IMG/VR virus record: IMGVR_UViG_3300034410_000474
Span: 1 to 64,000 of that record
Reading direction: 5' to 3' (one strand)
Source: a virus
Lineage: Duplodnaviria; Caudoviricetes
Length of the DNA stretch: 64,000 bases
The notes beneath the pieces were generated by a model. That model had not been told where the DNA came from, did no database searches, and was given only the letters and a program-made list of their open reading frames with translations. Both the position numbers and the translations under genes were made by a program. This document shows positions 56,256 through 64,000 of this stretch, one piece after another; the stretch's first letter is position 1, and each line of letters opens with the position of its first letter.

Positions 56256-56263
56256 TATTTATA
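56256..56263 (-). promoter_or_regulatory. T4-type late promoter
   Basis: TATAAATA 30 nt upstream of 56226. Confidence 0.7.
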
Positions 56264-56264
56264 G

Positions 56265-56453
56265 TCAGTAACCACCGCTCTTAAACCAGCCTTTCCCTTT
56301 GAGTGCAAACCCACCGCTTTCGGAAGGTTTAATTACTTTCTTTAATTCCTTTGCCTTACATTCTGGACAATCTTTAAGTGGATCATCGCTGATCCTTTGA
56401 AGTATATCAAATTCATGTCCGCACTTTTTACATTCATATGAATATGTTGGCAT
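56265..56453 (-). CDS. FmdB-family zinc-ribbon protein
   Basis: MPTYSYECKKCGH...CPEC; GF.LKG.GW. Confidence 0.85.
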   Translation of the reverse strand: MPTYSYECKKCGHEFDILQRISDDPLKDCPECKAKELKKVIKPSESGGFALKGKGWFKSGGY

Positions 56454-56460
56454 AAGTCTC

Positions 56461-57600
56461 CTATTGCAGTACGTCTACAATTACTTGAGCGATTTCTTTA
56501 AATCGTGCTTCATCATATCCACGAGTAGTTTCAGCTGCAGTTCCGATACGAATACCACTTGTTTCCATAAAGGAACGAGGATCGTCTGGTACTCCGTTTT
56601 TATTTACTGTAATACCAACTGCTTCCAATCTATCTGCAGCTTCACGACCACTATATTTGCTTTCACTTAAATCCATTAAGATGATATGACTATCAGTACC
56701 ACCAGTTAAAACTTTGAAACCGTATTTATTGAATACATCACACATTGCTTGAGCGTTCTTAACTACTTGGGCTGCATAATTATTAAAATCTAAATTAGAA
56801 GCTTCGATAAAACACTGAGCCTTTGCTGCAATGATATGCATCAATGGACCGCCTTGCGTGCCTGGGAAAATAGCACTATTAATTTTACGTGTATAGTCTT
56901 TATTGTTCCACAGAATGATCCCACCACGAGGGCCTCGCAGTGTTTTATGTGTAGTTGATGTAACAACATCTGCATAAGGAATTGGACTATCATATACTCC
57001 ACCGGCAATAAGACCAGAATAGTGAGCCATATCGACGAGTAGCATTGCGCCTACTTCATCAGCAATTTCTCTAAACTTTGCCCAATCAATTTGTCGAGGA
57101 TATGCACTTGCTCCAGCAATAATCATTTTAGGTTCAAGCTCAATAGCTTCTTCTCTAATTTCATCATAGTCAAGATAGCCGTTTGCATCTACTCCATATG
57201 TGTATGAACTAAACCAAGCACCTGATACATTTACTTCAGCACCATGCGATAAGTGTCCACCACTTGCAAGATCCATACCGAGTACTTTATCGCCAGGATT
57301 CAAAAATGCTTTAAATACAGCAAGATTAGCGTTTGCTCCAGAGTGTGGTTGTACATTTGCATAATTGCATCCAAACAATTCGCATACTGTATCGATTGCT
57401 AATGTTTCAATACTATCTGTATTTTCACATCCATTATAGTACCTACGTCCAGGATAGCCTTCAGCGTATTTGTTAGTAAAGATACTACCAGACAATTCCA
57501 TAACAGCTTCACTTGCAAAGTTTTCACTTGCAATAAGCTCTACAGTTTCTGATTGTCTAGCAGATTCTTTTGCTAGAATTTCTAGAATTCTATTATCCAT
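56461..57600 (-). CDS. glyA: Serine hydroxymethyltransferase
   Basis: LIASENF, KYAEGYPGRRYY.GC, NVQPHSG, GGHLSHG, TTHKTLRGPRGG (PLP lysine), FPGTQGGP. Confidence 0.97.
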   Translation of the reverse strand: MDNRILEILAKESARQSETVELIASENFASEAVMELSGSIFTNKYAEGYPGRRYYNGCENTDSIETLAIDTVCELFGCNYANVQPHSGANANLAVFKAFLNPGDKVLGMDLASGGHLSHGAEVNVSGAWFSSYTYGVDANGYLDYDEIREEAIELEPKMIIAGASAYPRQIDWAKFREIADEVGAMLLVDMAHYSGLIAGGVYDSPIPYADVVTSTTHKTLRGPRGGIILWNNKDYTRKINSAIFPGTQGGPLMHIIAAKAQCFIEASNLDFNNYAAQVVKNAQAMCDVFNKYGFKVLTGGTDSHIILMDLSESKYSGREAADRLEAVGITVNKNGVPDDPRSFMETSGIRIGTAAETTRGYDEARFKEIAQVIVDVLQ

Positions 57601-57605
57601 TATTA

Positions 57606-58727
57606 TTAATCCTCTCGTTGTCCGAAACCCCAGTCAATAACAACTGGGAACCTTGGTATGCCATCAGGCGTTAATTGAAAGTAACGTAATGTTGCCCAAT
57701 CAGGCGATACACCTGACTCGAATAATGACGCCATTACAGTTTGATTGCCTCTTACGCCAGCTCCAAACTCTTCGCCATCTTTTTCTAAGACGAATCGTTT
57801 GATATGACCGGCCCAATTGCCTTTTCCTTCTTCTACCCTTAGAACATTAAATTCTTCAGTGATAAATTCTTTTCGTTTTAAAAGAGTTTTTGATCTTTTA
57901 TTTTGTTGATACGGATCGTTAGTACGTATCATTTGACCTTCATATCCATCTTCAGTATATTCACCGTATAACTCGTCCATTTGTTCTTGATTTGAAATAG
58001 AACGGGTTGATACACAATGGATATGATCGAGATCACCCACAGATCTTATAGAACTAATACGCTTTTTAAATACAGCTTTTTCTGTAACAAGATCATATAC
58101 GTGATATTCAACTAAACCTTTAGCCTCGATAATATCTTCTGGCTTTGGTTTACTCTTACGAACTAATGATGTGATCTTATTAAAATTATCTTTAAGATCA
58201 TGATTGTATAATTCACCATCAAGTATTGCGCCTGGATTGCGATAAAAATAAGGCTTTAAAGCTTCGTGGATATGTGGTACGCCAAGTATCTCTTTACCTG
58301 AACGAGACCATAATCCATCAGCTCTTGCAATACAACGAATGCCATCAAGTTTTGGTTGAGAAAAATATTCATTGTTATCCCAATCAAACTTAGCATCTTC
58401 GTATTTTGCTGCCAACATTGGCTTAACTTTTTCGAAGTTATCAATTTCTTCTATATTACGAAAATAACCACGTTCAAGTTTCTTTTTAAAGTCTGCCAAC
58501 ATTTCAAGTTCGGCTTGTTGTTGCAAAGATGTTTCATTGGCTTTACCAATATTCTTTTGCTCTACAATTTTCCAACCGGACTCAACCTGTTTGCCTTCTT
58601 GTAAACCAGCAATGGCTCTCCAATAGTAGTTACCTTCACTTTCACTTACTTCACCACGCCACATTCGAACTCCACCTTTAGAGTCTCGTTTGTAGAGTGG
58701 CGCTGTTCCTGCAATAATATTATTCAT
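57606..58727 (-). CDS. gp30: ATP-dependent DNA ligase
   Basis: QPKLDGIRC, LDGELY, YEGQMIR, LLKRK. Confidence 0.9.
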   Translation of the reverse strand: MNNIIAGTAPLYKRDSKGGVRMWRGEVSESEGNYYWRAIAGLQEGKQVESGWKIVEQKNIGKANETSLQQQAELEMLADFKKKLERGYFRNIEEIDNFEKVKPMLAAKYEDAKFDWDNNEYFSQPKLDGIRCIARADGLWSRSGKEILGVPHIHEALKPYFYRNPGAILDGELYNHDLKDNFNKITSLVRKSKPKPEDIIEAKGLVEYHVYDLVTEKAVFKKRISSIRSVGDLDHIHCVSTRSISNQEQMDELYGEYTEDGYEGQMIRTNDPYQQNKRSKTLLKRKEFITEEFNVLRVEEGKGNWAGHIKRFVLEKDGEEFGAGVRGNQTVMASLFESGVSPDWATLRYFQLTPDGIPRFPVVIDWGFGQRED

Positions 58728-59170
58728 TAGCGCCTCATATTTGCTATGTCTTTTGCTTGTTCTGTTCCTCGCATGATTGGAACTGCGTTTGATTTGTGCA
58801 TTGTTCCGATTCCGACAATAAGATCTCCGGTATATTTTGGGTTTTCTTTGAGTCTTCCAGAACCTGGAACTGTATCCGACGTCTTGAGCGTTGGTGCGCT
58901 TGGATACTGCGTCGTGTTGCGGACATACGATTGTGGCGGGACATAGGGTTTAAATTCCTTCTTTTTGGGTTTATATTCTCCAAAGACGTATGACATATAG
59001 TCACTAAATTCTTTGAACTGTAAATCGTGCATATGCTTTCTTCGCATAGCTTTATTATGTTGACGCCACTTAACTTCCATATCGGACAGTTGCTTCTGGG
59101 TAAGCTTACGCCTACCTTTCTTCGTCGATTTTCCGTGTATTTGTACACCTTTAATCATATGCATTGACAT
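58727..59170 (-). CDS. Conserved T4-like hypothetical protein
   Basis: YTG..I.GIGTMHKSNAVP. Confidence 0.7.
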   Translation of the reverse strand: MSMHMIKGVQIHGKSTKKGRRKLTQKQLSDMEVKWRQHNKAMRRKHMHDLQFKEFSDYMSYVFGEYKPKKKEFKPYVPPQSYVRNTTQYPSAPTLKTSDTVPGSGRLKENPKYTGDLIVGIGTMHKSNAVPIMRGTEQAKDIANMRR

Positions 59171-59205
59171 GATAAAGACCTCGCTTTCTTCATAATATAG
59201 ATACC

Positions 59206-59234
59206 ATTATACAACAAAGGCTGACAAATGTCAA
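59206..59234 (-). promoter_or_regulatory. Early sigma70-type promoter
   Basis: TTGACA-17-TATAAT. Confidence 0.8.
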
Positions 59235-59243
59235 CCTTTATTT

Positions 59244-59501
59244 TTACAAACTGTAACCAGTTCCGGTATATCCCGTGTCTTCAACATATTTGATGAGTTC
59301 ATTATATCCACCAATATGTTCAGAGTTAACGAATATCTGAGGTACACTTCTTACTGTACCTGTTGCTCTATCCATTAGCTCATTTAAAGTATCTTGACTG
59401 ATACCAACATCTTTATATTCGAACTTTAATTGTCGTTCTTTTGCAAACGCTTTTGCTTTTGTGCAAAAACCACAGTTTGCTTTACCGTAAATTGTAATCA
59501 T
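59244..59501 (-). CDS. Glutaredoxin
   Basis: CGFC active site, RSVPQIF, IGGY. Confidence 0.92.
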   Translation of the reverse strand: MITIYGKANCGFCTKAKAFAKERQLKFEYKDVGISQDTLNELMDRATGTVRSVPQIFVNSEHIGGYNELIKYVEDTGYTGTGYSL

Positions 59502-59728
59502 TCTTTATCTCCTAAAATATATGCTCCCTCTGGTAGTTTAAAGGAAGTCAAAAACATGTGCATCATTTGTGGCGACATGACTATGTAGTGATGTCTATCG
59601 AGATCGTGATCCCATTGTCTTAAATAGACAACATCATCGTACATAATACATTGAAAATCTTCATATTCCGCCGTGGGATCTAAAACGGTTATAGCAGTTT
59701 CGTCCCACTCCATCTCTACTGTAAACAA
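59498..59728 (-). CDS. Hypothetical protein
   Basis: Coupled to its neighbours. Confidence 0.65.
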   Translation of the reverse strand: MFTVEMEWDETAITVLDPTAEYEDFQCIMYDDVVYLRQWDHDLDRHHYIVMSPQMMHMFLTSFKLPEGAYILGDKE

Positions 59729-59950
59729 TCAAATCCATCCTAACTTTGTTGCGTTGTGGATTATGATCATAAAGCATGTTGCAATATGTACTGTCCACCA
59801 AAACGTTCTTATTATTGCGACAACATCAGCTTGCCTATCAGATTCTCCTACTTTTTCTCCTAAGCTCTGTGCCCATATACGCCACCATTTATTCAGTCTC
59901 TTCTTAATCCCAAAGTCCTTCATAGTATTTTCCAAACAATTTAAAACCAT
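59729..59950 (-). CDS. Small membrane protein (start uncertain)
   Basis: WRIWAQSLGEK...AD.VAIIRTF. Confidence 0.6.
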   Translation of the reverse strand: MVLNCLENTMKDFGIKKRLNKWWRIWAQSLGEKVGESDRQADVVAIIRTFWWTVHIATCFMIIIHNATKLGWI

Positions 59951-60518
59951 TTGACATTCTTTTTTGATGAGCTTTTCTGCCTTTCTCGTCAGCTCTAATC
60001 AGCCTCAAACCAAATGCCCCCGTCTCGTCTTCGCCGTAATCGTAGTAATCTTCTAACCAATCATCTCTACATTTTTGTTCAAACGCCCAGATCATTTCAT
60101 CAAGTACATATTCCCACCTATCATGATGAAACTCATCAGTATCGTTTGCGTTTTCTATTGCTTTAGCACTTGTTGATTTAAGTCTTTTTGGAACATCAAC
60201 ATCGTCCACATGTGGAGAACCATGCTTAGTTTCTTTTAATTGAATTAACATTGGTAGTATAATATGAGATAAAGTACTGTCCATACTCCAAGTATCTTGT
60301 GGATCAATTGTTACACTAACCTTCTGTTTTCTTCTATCAAACCATATACGATTAAAGAAATTATATACATCTTGATAGAGTTTGTCAACGGCTTCCATAT
60401 AATAATCTGCAAAGTCACCTTTGTCAGGCCATTGATTAAAACCATATTTATTATTCATATGCTTTTCATACATTGTGCTAGTTAATCTACTAGGATATTT
60501 ACCAATCTTAATTTTCAT
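59904..60518 (-). CDS. Conserved phage hypothetical protein
   Basis: DTWSMD.TL..II.P.L.QLK...HG.P; W..VLDEMIWAF. Confidence 0.7.
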   Translation of the reverse strand: MKIKIGKYPSRLTSTMYEKHMNNKYGFNQWPDKGDFADYYMEAVDKLYQDVYNFFNRIWFDRRKQKVSVTIDPQDTWSMDSTLSHIILPMLIQLKETKHGSPHVDDVDVPKRLKSTSAKAIENANDTDEFHHDRWEYVLDEMIWAFEQKCRDDWLEDYYDYGEDETGAFGLRLIRADEKGRKAHQKRMSNGFKLFGKYYEGLWD

Positions 60519-60520
60519 TT

Positions 60521-61228
60521 TTACCCTGCCGTGTCGGCCATTTGTGTAAGTTTATTATATGTGTCACGCCAATCTTTTACGTGATAATTCTTTCCACGTT
60601 TGTTTGCTTTTGCCAGTGGATAGTCATTACCGCCTGGCTCCATTTTGTCTCCAAAGAAACGAATATCATCGTCTTCATTAAAGTCTTCTAAAATTTGTCT
60701 TTTGTCGCCGCCAGTTCTACCGATATCTATACCAGTTTCACCACCAACAGTTGCGGTAATATTTTCGAATTCAGAATTAATTTGATATGCAATACTCTCG
60801 CGTTCACGGTTTAATTCATCATACTTAACATATTCAGCTCTTTCATCCATAGTCGCATTACGACCAACTATAGAAAAGTTCCACATACCTCTTCTTTTTT
60901 CGATATGATTACCTGTTCTAAGAGGAAATAAACTTGCTTGCAACCAACCAAGTAATAAATTCTCTAAGTCTTTTGGTGCAGTAAACGACTTAGTGTTAAC
61001 CCGTTTACCGCGATGCCATACGTCATTACCTTGACAGTTATAGCAAGTTACTACGTTTTCGCATATCTCTGGACCAAGCTGCTCGAGTGTTTTATCGTAG
61101 TCACTACCAGTAACTAACCAAACACTATTTTTGCTTATAAAGTCTACAAACCATAATCTAAATTCTTCGTCAATTCTACTTCTGCTTGGTGTAAGTGTTC
61201 CATCGACGTCGAAAACGTATCTTATCAT
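60521..61228 (-). CDS. Phosphomannomutase-like HAD-IIB enzyme (eukaryote-type PMM fold)
   Basis: FDVDGTLTPSR, LVTGSD, IEKRRGM.NFSIVGR, FFGD.M..GGNDY. Confidence 0.85.
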   Translation of the reverse strand: MIRYVFDVDGTLTPSRSRIDEEFRLWFVDFISKNSVWLVTGSDYDKTLEQLGPEICENVVTCYNCQGNDVWHRGKRVNTKSFTAPKDLENLLLGWLQASLFPLRTGNHIEKRRGMWNFSIVGRNATMDERAEYVKYDELNRERESIAYQINSEFENITATVGGETGIDIGRTGGDKRQILEDFNEDDDIRFFGDKMEPGGNDYPLAKANKRGKNYHVKDWRDTYNKLTQMADTAG

Positions 61229-61419
61229 ATTTCATCCGTTCTAATACACATCATTCCTACACCAGGTGTTGGTGGAGTATATTCTTGCATAATCAAGTAA
61301 CCTGCAAATTCGCACGCTTCTCTAGACTCAAAAGCCTTTATTTTAGAATAGTGCATTGAGTCGTCGCCGCCTGAATTAGACTGCAGAACGACTACTAAGA
61401 ATAAAGTAAAATAACTCAT
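61225..61419 (-). CDS. Small exported/membrane protein
   Basis: Hydrophobic N-terminus; F.S...C ... C. Confidence 0.55.
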   Translation of the reverse strand: MSYFTLFLVVVLQSNSGGDDSMHYSKIKAFESREACEFAGYLIMQEYTPPTPGVGMMCIRTDEI

Positions 61420-61595
61420 TATTCATGTCCTGTCCAATGCTTTCTATCATGTGCTTTGCGAGCAAGTTGAGAAAACCTTTCAGCCACACGACTGATAAGT
61501 TCATTGTTTTCCCTTGCTGCTAAGTTATGCAAGAAGCTTTCGAGTTCACCATCTTTTTTACGGATTTCAGTGGTATCATAAATATCATTTTTCAT
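61419..61595 (-). CDS. Small protein (58 aa, not in the ORF track)
   Basis: MKNDIYDTTEIRKKDGELESFLHNLAARE...; TAATG coupling. Confidence 0.55.
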   Translation of the reverse strand: MKNDIYDTTEIRKKDGELESFLHNLAARENNELISRVAERFSQLARKAHDRKHWTGHE

Positions 61596-61878
61596 AATTG
61601 ATTCCTAACCAGTTTCCTATTTTTGTTTTTAACCAACCAGATTCTTGTTTAAGTACAAGACCATAATCAGTTACTTTTAAAATCTCTTCACCAGCAACAT
61701 TTATTGAAACATCATTATATGTTATATCGTCAATAGCATACGTATTAAGAGTTCCAATTTGCATGTTCATATTATATGAGTAAGTAAGGCCGTTTTCGGT
61801 TCCTGAATAGTCTAAAGGTAATTCGATCTGCTCAGGATAGAGATCGTAAAATTTAAATTCCATTTGTTTATTAAACAT
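61585..61878 (-). CDS. Hypothetical protein (start re-assigned to MFNKQ)
   Basis: This start avoids a 77-nt overlap with the TagD-like gene. Confidence 0.55.
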   Translation of the reverse strand: MFNKQMEFKFYDLYPEQIELPLDYSGTENGLTYSYNMNMQIGTLNTYAIDDITYNDVSINVAGEEILKVTDYGLVLKQESGWLKTKIGNWLGINYEK

Positions 61879-62281
61879 GTTCGCATACCCTTTGTCTGAG
61901 ATCGCTTGAACTAAATCTATGATCTCGTTTATTGAAATAGAGATCAATATCGCGTTTGCGGCAAATATCTTTACCAGTAAACTCTTTATCTCTATACTCT
62001 TCTCCTAATATTCTAACATCAATATCGAGCATTGTCAATATGTCTTCGACATCTTTTTCACAATTATATGGAATAATTTCATCAACATAACGAACACCAT
62101 TAAGTTGTGTATAGCGTTCTACAATTGTTTGAACAGGAGCTTTTTTATCATCACGATCTTGACTTGGATCCATTTGTAATCCACAGATAAGATAATCACA
62201 TTGAGATTTTGCTTCTCTTAACATCGATACATGTCCAGCATGTAATAGATCAAAGGTACTAAATGTAATCCCTACAATCAT
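61871..62281 (-). CDS. Glycerol-3-phosphate-cytidylyltransferase-like protein (TagD-like)
   Basis: FSTFDLLHAGH, R...L......VDE, R.H..SSS.LR. Confidence 0.85.
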   Translation of the reverse strand: MIVGITFSTFDLLHAGHVSMLREAKSQCDYLICGLQMDPSQDRDDKKAPVQTIVERYTQLNGVRYVDEIIPYNCEKDVEDILTMLDIDVRILGEEYRDKEFTGKDICRKRDIDLYFNKRDHRFSSSDLRQRVCEHV

Positions 62282-63024
62282 GATTGAATCCTCTTATTAT
62301 AATCTATTGCCTCACTAATAATAGACAAATCGCAACTTATTCTTTTTGCAGATTCGACTATGGCCGCAGTATCTTTTGGAAAGCAATGCCCACCAAAACC
62401 ACGTTCATCGGTAACTTTACTGTGGCTGTCACCAATGCGCCTATCTTTAGTTATAAAACGAGCAACTTCGTGATAGCTAATATCAGACTTTTCGCATAAA
62501 TCATAAACTTGATTAAAGAAAGCAACTTTAGTAGCTAAGAAACTATTGCGCATATACTTAGCAACAATCAAAGCTTCAGGAGTTCCAACCTCTACATCTA
62601 CATTAAGACGTTCAGCTAAAAGTGTACTCCAAAAAGAAATGTTACCACCACCAATATAAACAACGTCTTGATTCTTAAAATCTTCCAATGCATTTTGAGC
62701 ACGTAAGAACTCAGGTGAAAATGTAATTGATCTATCAGGAAACATTCTTTGTATTTCAGACCAGCCTTCGAGAGATATAGTACTTTTGATTAGAATAGGA
62801 GCATCAGGAGACATTTGTATTGCATCATAAACGTTCTCCATATAACATGCTCCGGTTCTACTTTCTGGAGTACTTACTGCAATAATTACAGCATCTGCAT
62901 ATTGATTAATATCTTTAGAACCTAATGCAGGATCATACACATGATAATCGTCCGAGAATGCTAATGCATGTGCTCTACCTACGAAACCATATCCAAAAAT
63001 CTGTACCTTCACGTGATAATCCAA
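62278..63024 (-). CDS. UDP-glucose/GDP-mannose dehydrogenase family (short; lacks the C-terminal domain)
   Basis: G.GFVG, AV.TP, IKST, SPEFLR, KY..NSFLA.KV.F.N, GFGGHCFPKD. Confidence 0.85.
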   Translation of the reverse strand: MDYHVKVQIFGYGFVGRAHALAFSDDYHVYDPALGSKDINQYADAVIIAVSTPESRTGACYMENVYDAIQMSPDAPILIKSTISLEGWSEIQRMFPDRSITFSPEFLRAQNALEDFKNQDVVYIGGGNISFWSTLLAERLNVDVEVGTPEALIVAKYMRNSFLATKVAFFNQVYDLCEKSDISYHEVARFITKDRRIGDSHSKVTDERGFGGHCFPKDTAAIVESAKRISCDLSIISEAIDYNKRIQS

Positions 63025-63332
63025 TCAATATCCATAATATTCTTTGGTTGTTCATCCATAGGAATAAAAAGATCATGCTCATAATTCTTTATTACAGCCC
63101 ACCCATACGATGTTGCGCCATAAGAATCTTTCCAACACTCATAGGTTGAGCCTGAATGACCATCAAAGTAATACTTTTCATCGTCTTCAGTTACTTTTAC
63201 GACACCAGAGTTTAATCTCCAGTCGTCGCCATTAAAGGGATTACCTTTTATCCAAGTACCAAACACTCTATAATGAGGATCAGTTCCTTCGATCTTTACA
63301 AGCATCCATTTGTCTGGTCTGTATTTACTCAT
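63009..63332 (-). CDS. Conserved phage hypothetical protein
   Basis: PD.W..VKI...YRVFG.W...WRLNSG...F.G.SGS.Y.C. Confidence 0.7.
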   Translation of the reverse strand: MSKYRPDKWMLVKIEGTDPHYRVFGTWIKGNPFNGDDWRLNSGVVKVTEDDEKYYFDGHSGSTYECWKDSYGATSYGWAVIKNYEHDLFIPMDEQPKNIMDIDWIIT

Positions 63333-63672
63333 CTTTGTCTTGCCAAGCGTTAATAAATTCGAGCTTTTGTTGACGAGTCCAATCTTTCAGATAATCGTTG
63401 TCTCTATCCCAGATGTTTATAATGCGTTCTTCATCAAGTAGGAATGTATCAACAATTTGTTCGCCAATCCATTTTTGAGAAAACTCTCGTACGTTTTCAC
63501 ATGTAACACTATCGTTAGCCCATTCAATTGGTTTACCCATTGGACCTTCACTCATAATATCTACATCTGGATTTGTTTTTTGTAATTCAGATACGGGTAC
63601 AACATACCTTTGCCTGAATTGGCTTACAGTTGTTACAACCACGTAGAGTTCGTTGGGATCAATTTTCGACAT
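63325..63672 (-). CDS. Hypothetical protein
   Basis: Tightly packed - strand ORF. Confidence 0.65.
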   Translation of the reverse strand: MSKIDPNELYVVVTTVSQFRQRYVVPVSELQKTNPDVDIMSEGPMGKPIEWANDSVTCENVREFSQKWIGEQIVDTFLLDEERIINIWDRDNDYLKDWTRQQKLEFINAWQDKDE

Positions 63673-64000
63673 TTATAAATTCTCCATTTTTTATTTTAAA
63701 GACGCCATCAAGACCTGTAGACCTGATATAGACTCTACCACCATCAATCATTTTACCGTCTATAAAGAGGCAATCATGATGGCAAGAAGAGTAATACCAG
63801 TTATTATCTTTATCTTGAATCATACCAAACTCAAAGTCTTCAACAGAATCAGCATCTGTAATCATCAAGCTATCTTTTGATTTGTATAGACCAAAGTATT
63901 TATTGCCAAACTCTGGATGTGGTGTTTCCCTATAGAAAATGTCCAAAGGTTGGTCACTATTCTTTAAATCAGTAGTAACTACATACTTTACTGGTACTCC
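63659..64000 (-). CDS. Hypothetical protein (5'-truncated by the window edge)
   Basis: Frame is open from 64000 (GVPVKYVVTTD...) through SSCHHDC.FIDG..IDGGR.Y. Confidence 0.65.
   Translation of the reverse strand, partial: GVPVKYVVTTDLKNSDQPLDIFYRETPHPEFGNKYFGLYKSKDSLMITDADSVEDFEFGMIQDKDNNWYYSSCHHDCLFIDGKMIDGGRVYIRSTGLDGVFKIKNGEFINVEN

Noticed and set aside
1-64000. Stop-codon reassignment, introns/inteins, tRNA genes
   Set aside because: Core genes are intact and of normal length under the standard code, with TAA, TAG and TGA all used as stops; no intein or intron signatures or cloverleaf structures were seen in the short intergenic gaps.

Overview
This window is part of an AT-rich, T4-like (myovirus) phage genome, probably from a marine or aquatic phage; the host cannot be determined from the sequence. 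Left arm (+ strand, 1-21.6 kb): a >2100-aa modular tail-fibre gene, open to the window's left edge, is followed directly by two paralogous ~125-aa genes that both end in CHASCHSSCHSSRGRR. After them come six radical-SAM genes, two Fe(II)-oxygenase/cupin genes, several unknown ORFs, and a late-promoter-driven glycan-enzyme module. Centre (+ strand, 21.7-37.5 kb): the canonical T4 morphogenesis block (gp13-gp23) with TATAAATA late promoters. Right arm (- strand, 37.6-64 kb): many small early genes driven by about 14 copies of a sigma70-type promoter cassette, plus dsbA, a DenV-like gene, exonuclease, RNase H, dNMP kinase, DNA ligase, glutaredoxin, glyA, phoH, sugar-nucleotide enzymes, and an embedded late operon (PAAR protein, collagen-like fibre). 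The most interesting signal is the tail-fibre-coupled, RiPP-like radical-SAM locus (6.4-17.7 kb). Also notable are three RNA-structure arrangements around late promoters that could enforce late-only expression. I found no tRNA, rRNA, CRISPR array, intron/intein or reverse transcriptase. Family assignments come from motif recognition by eye, not from database searches.
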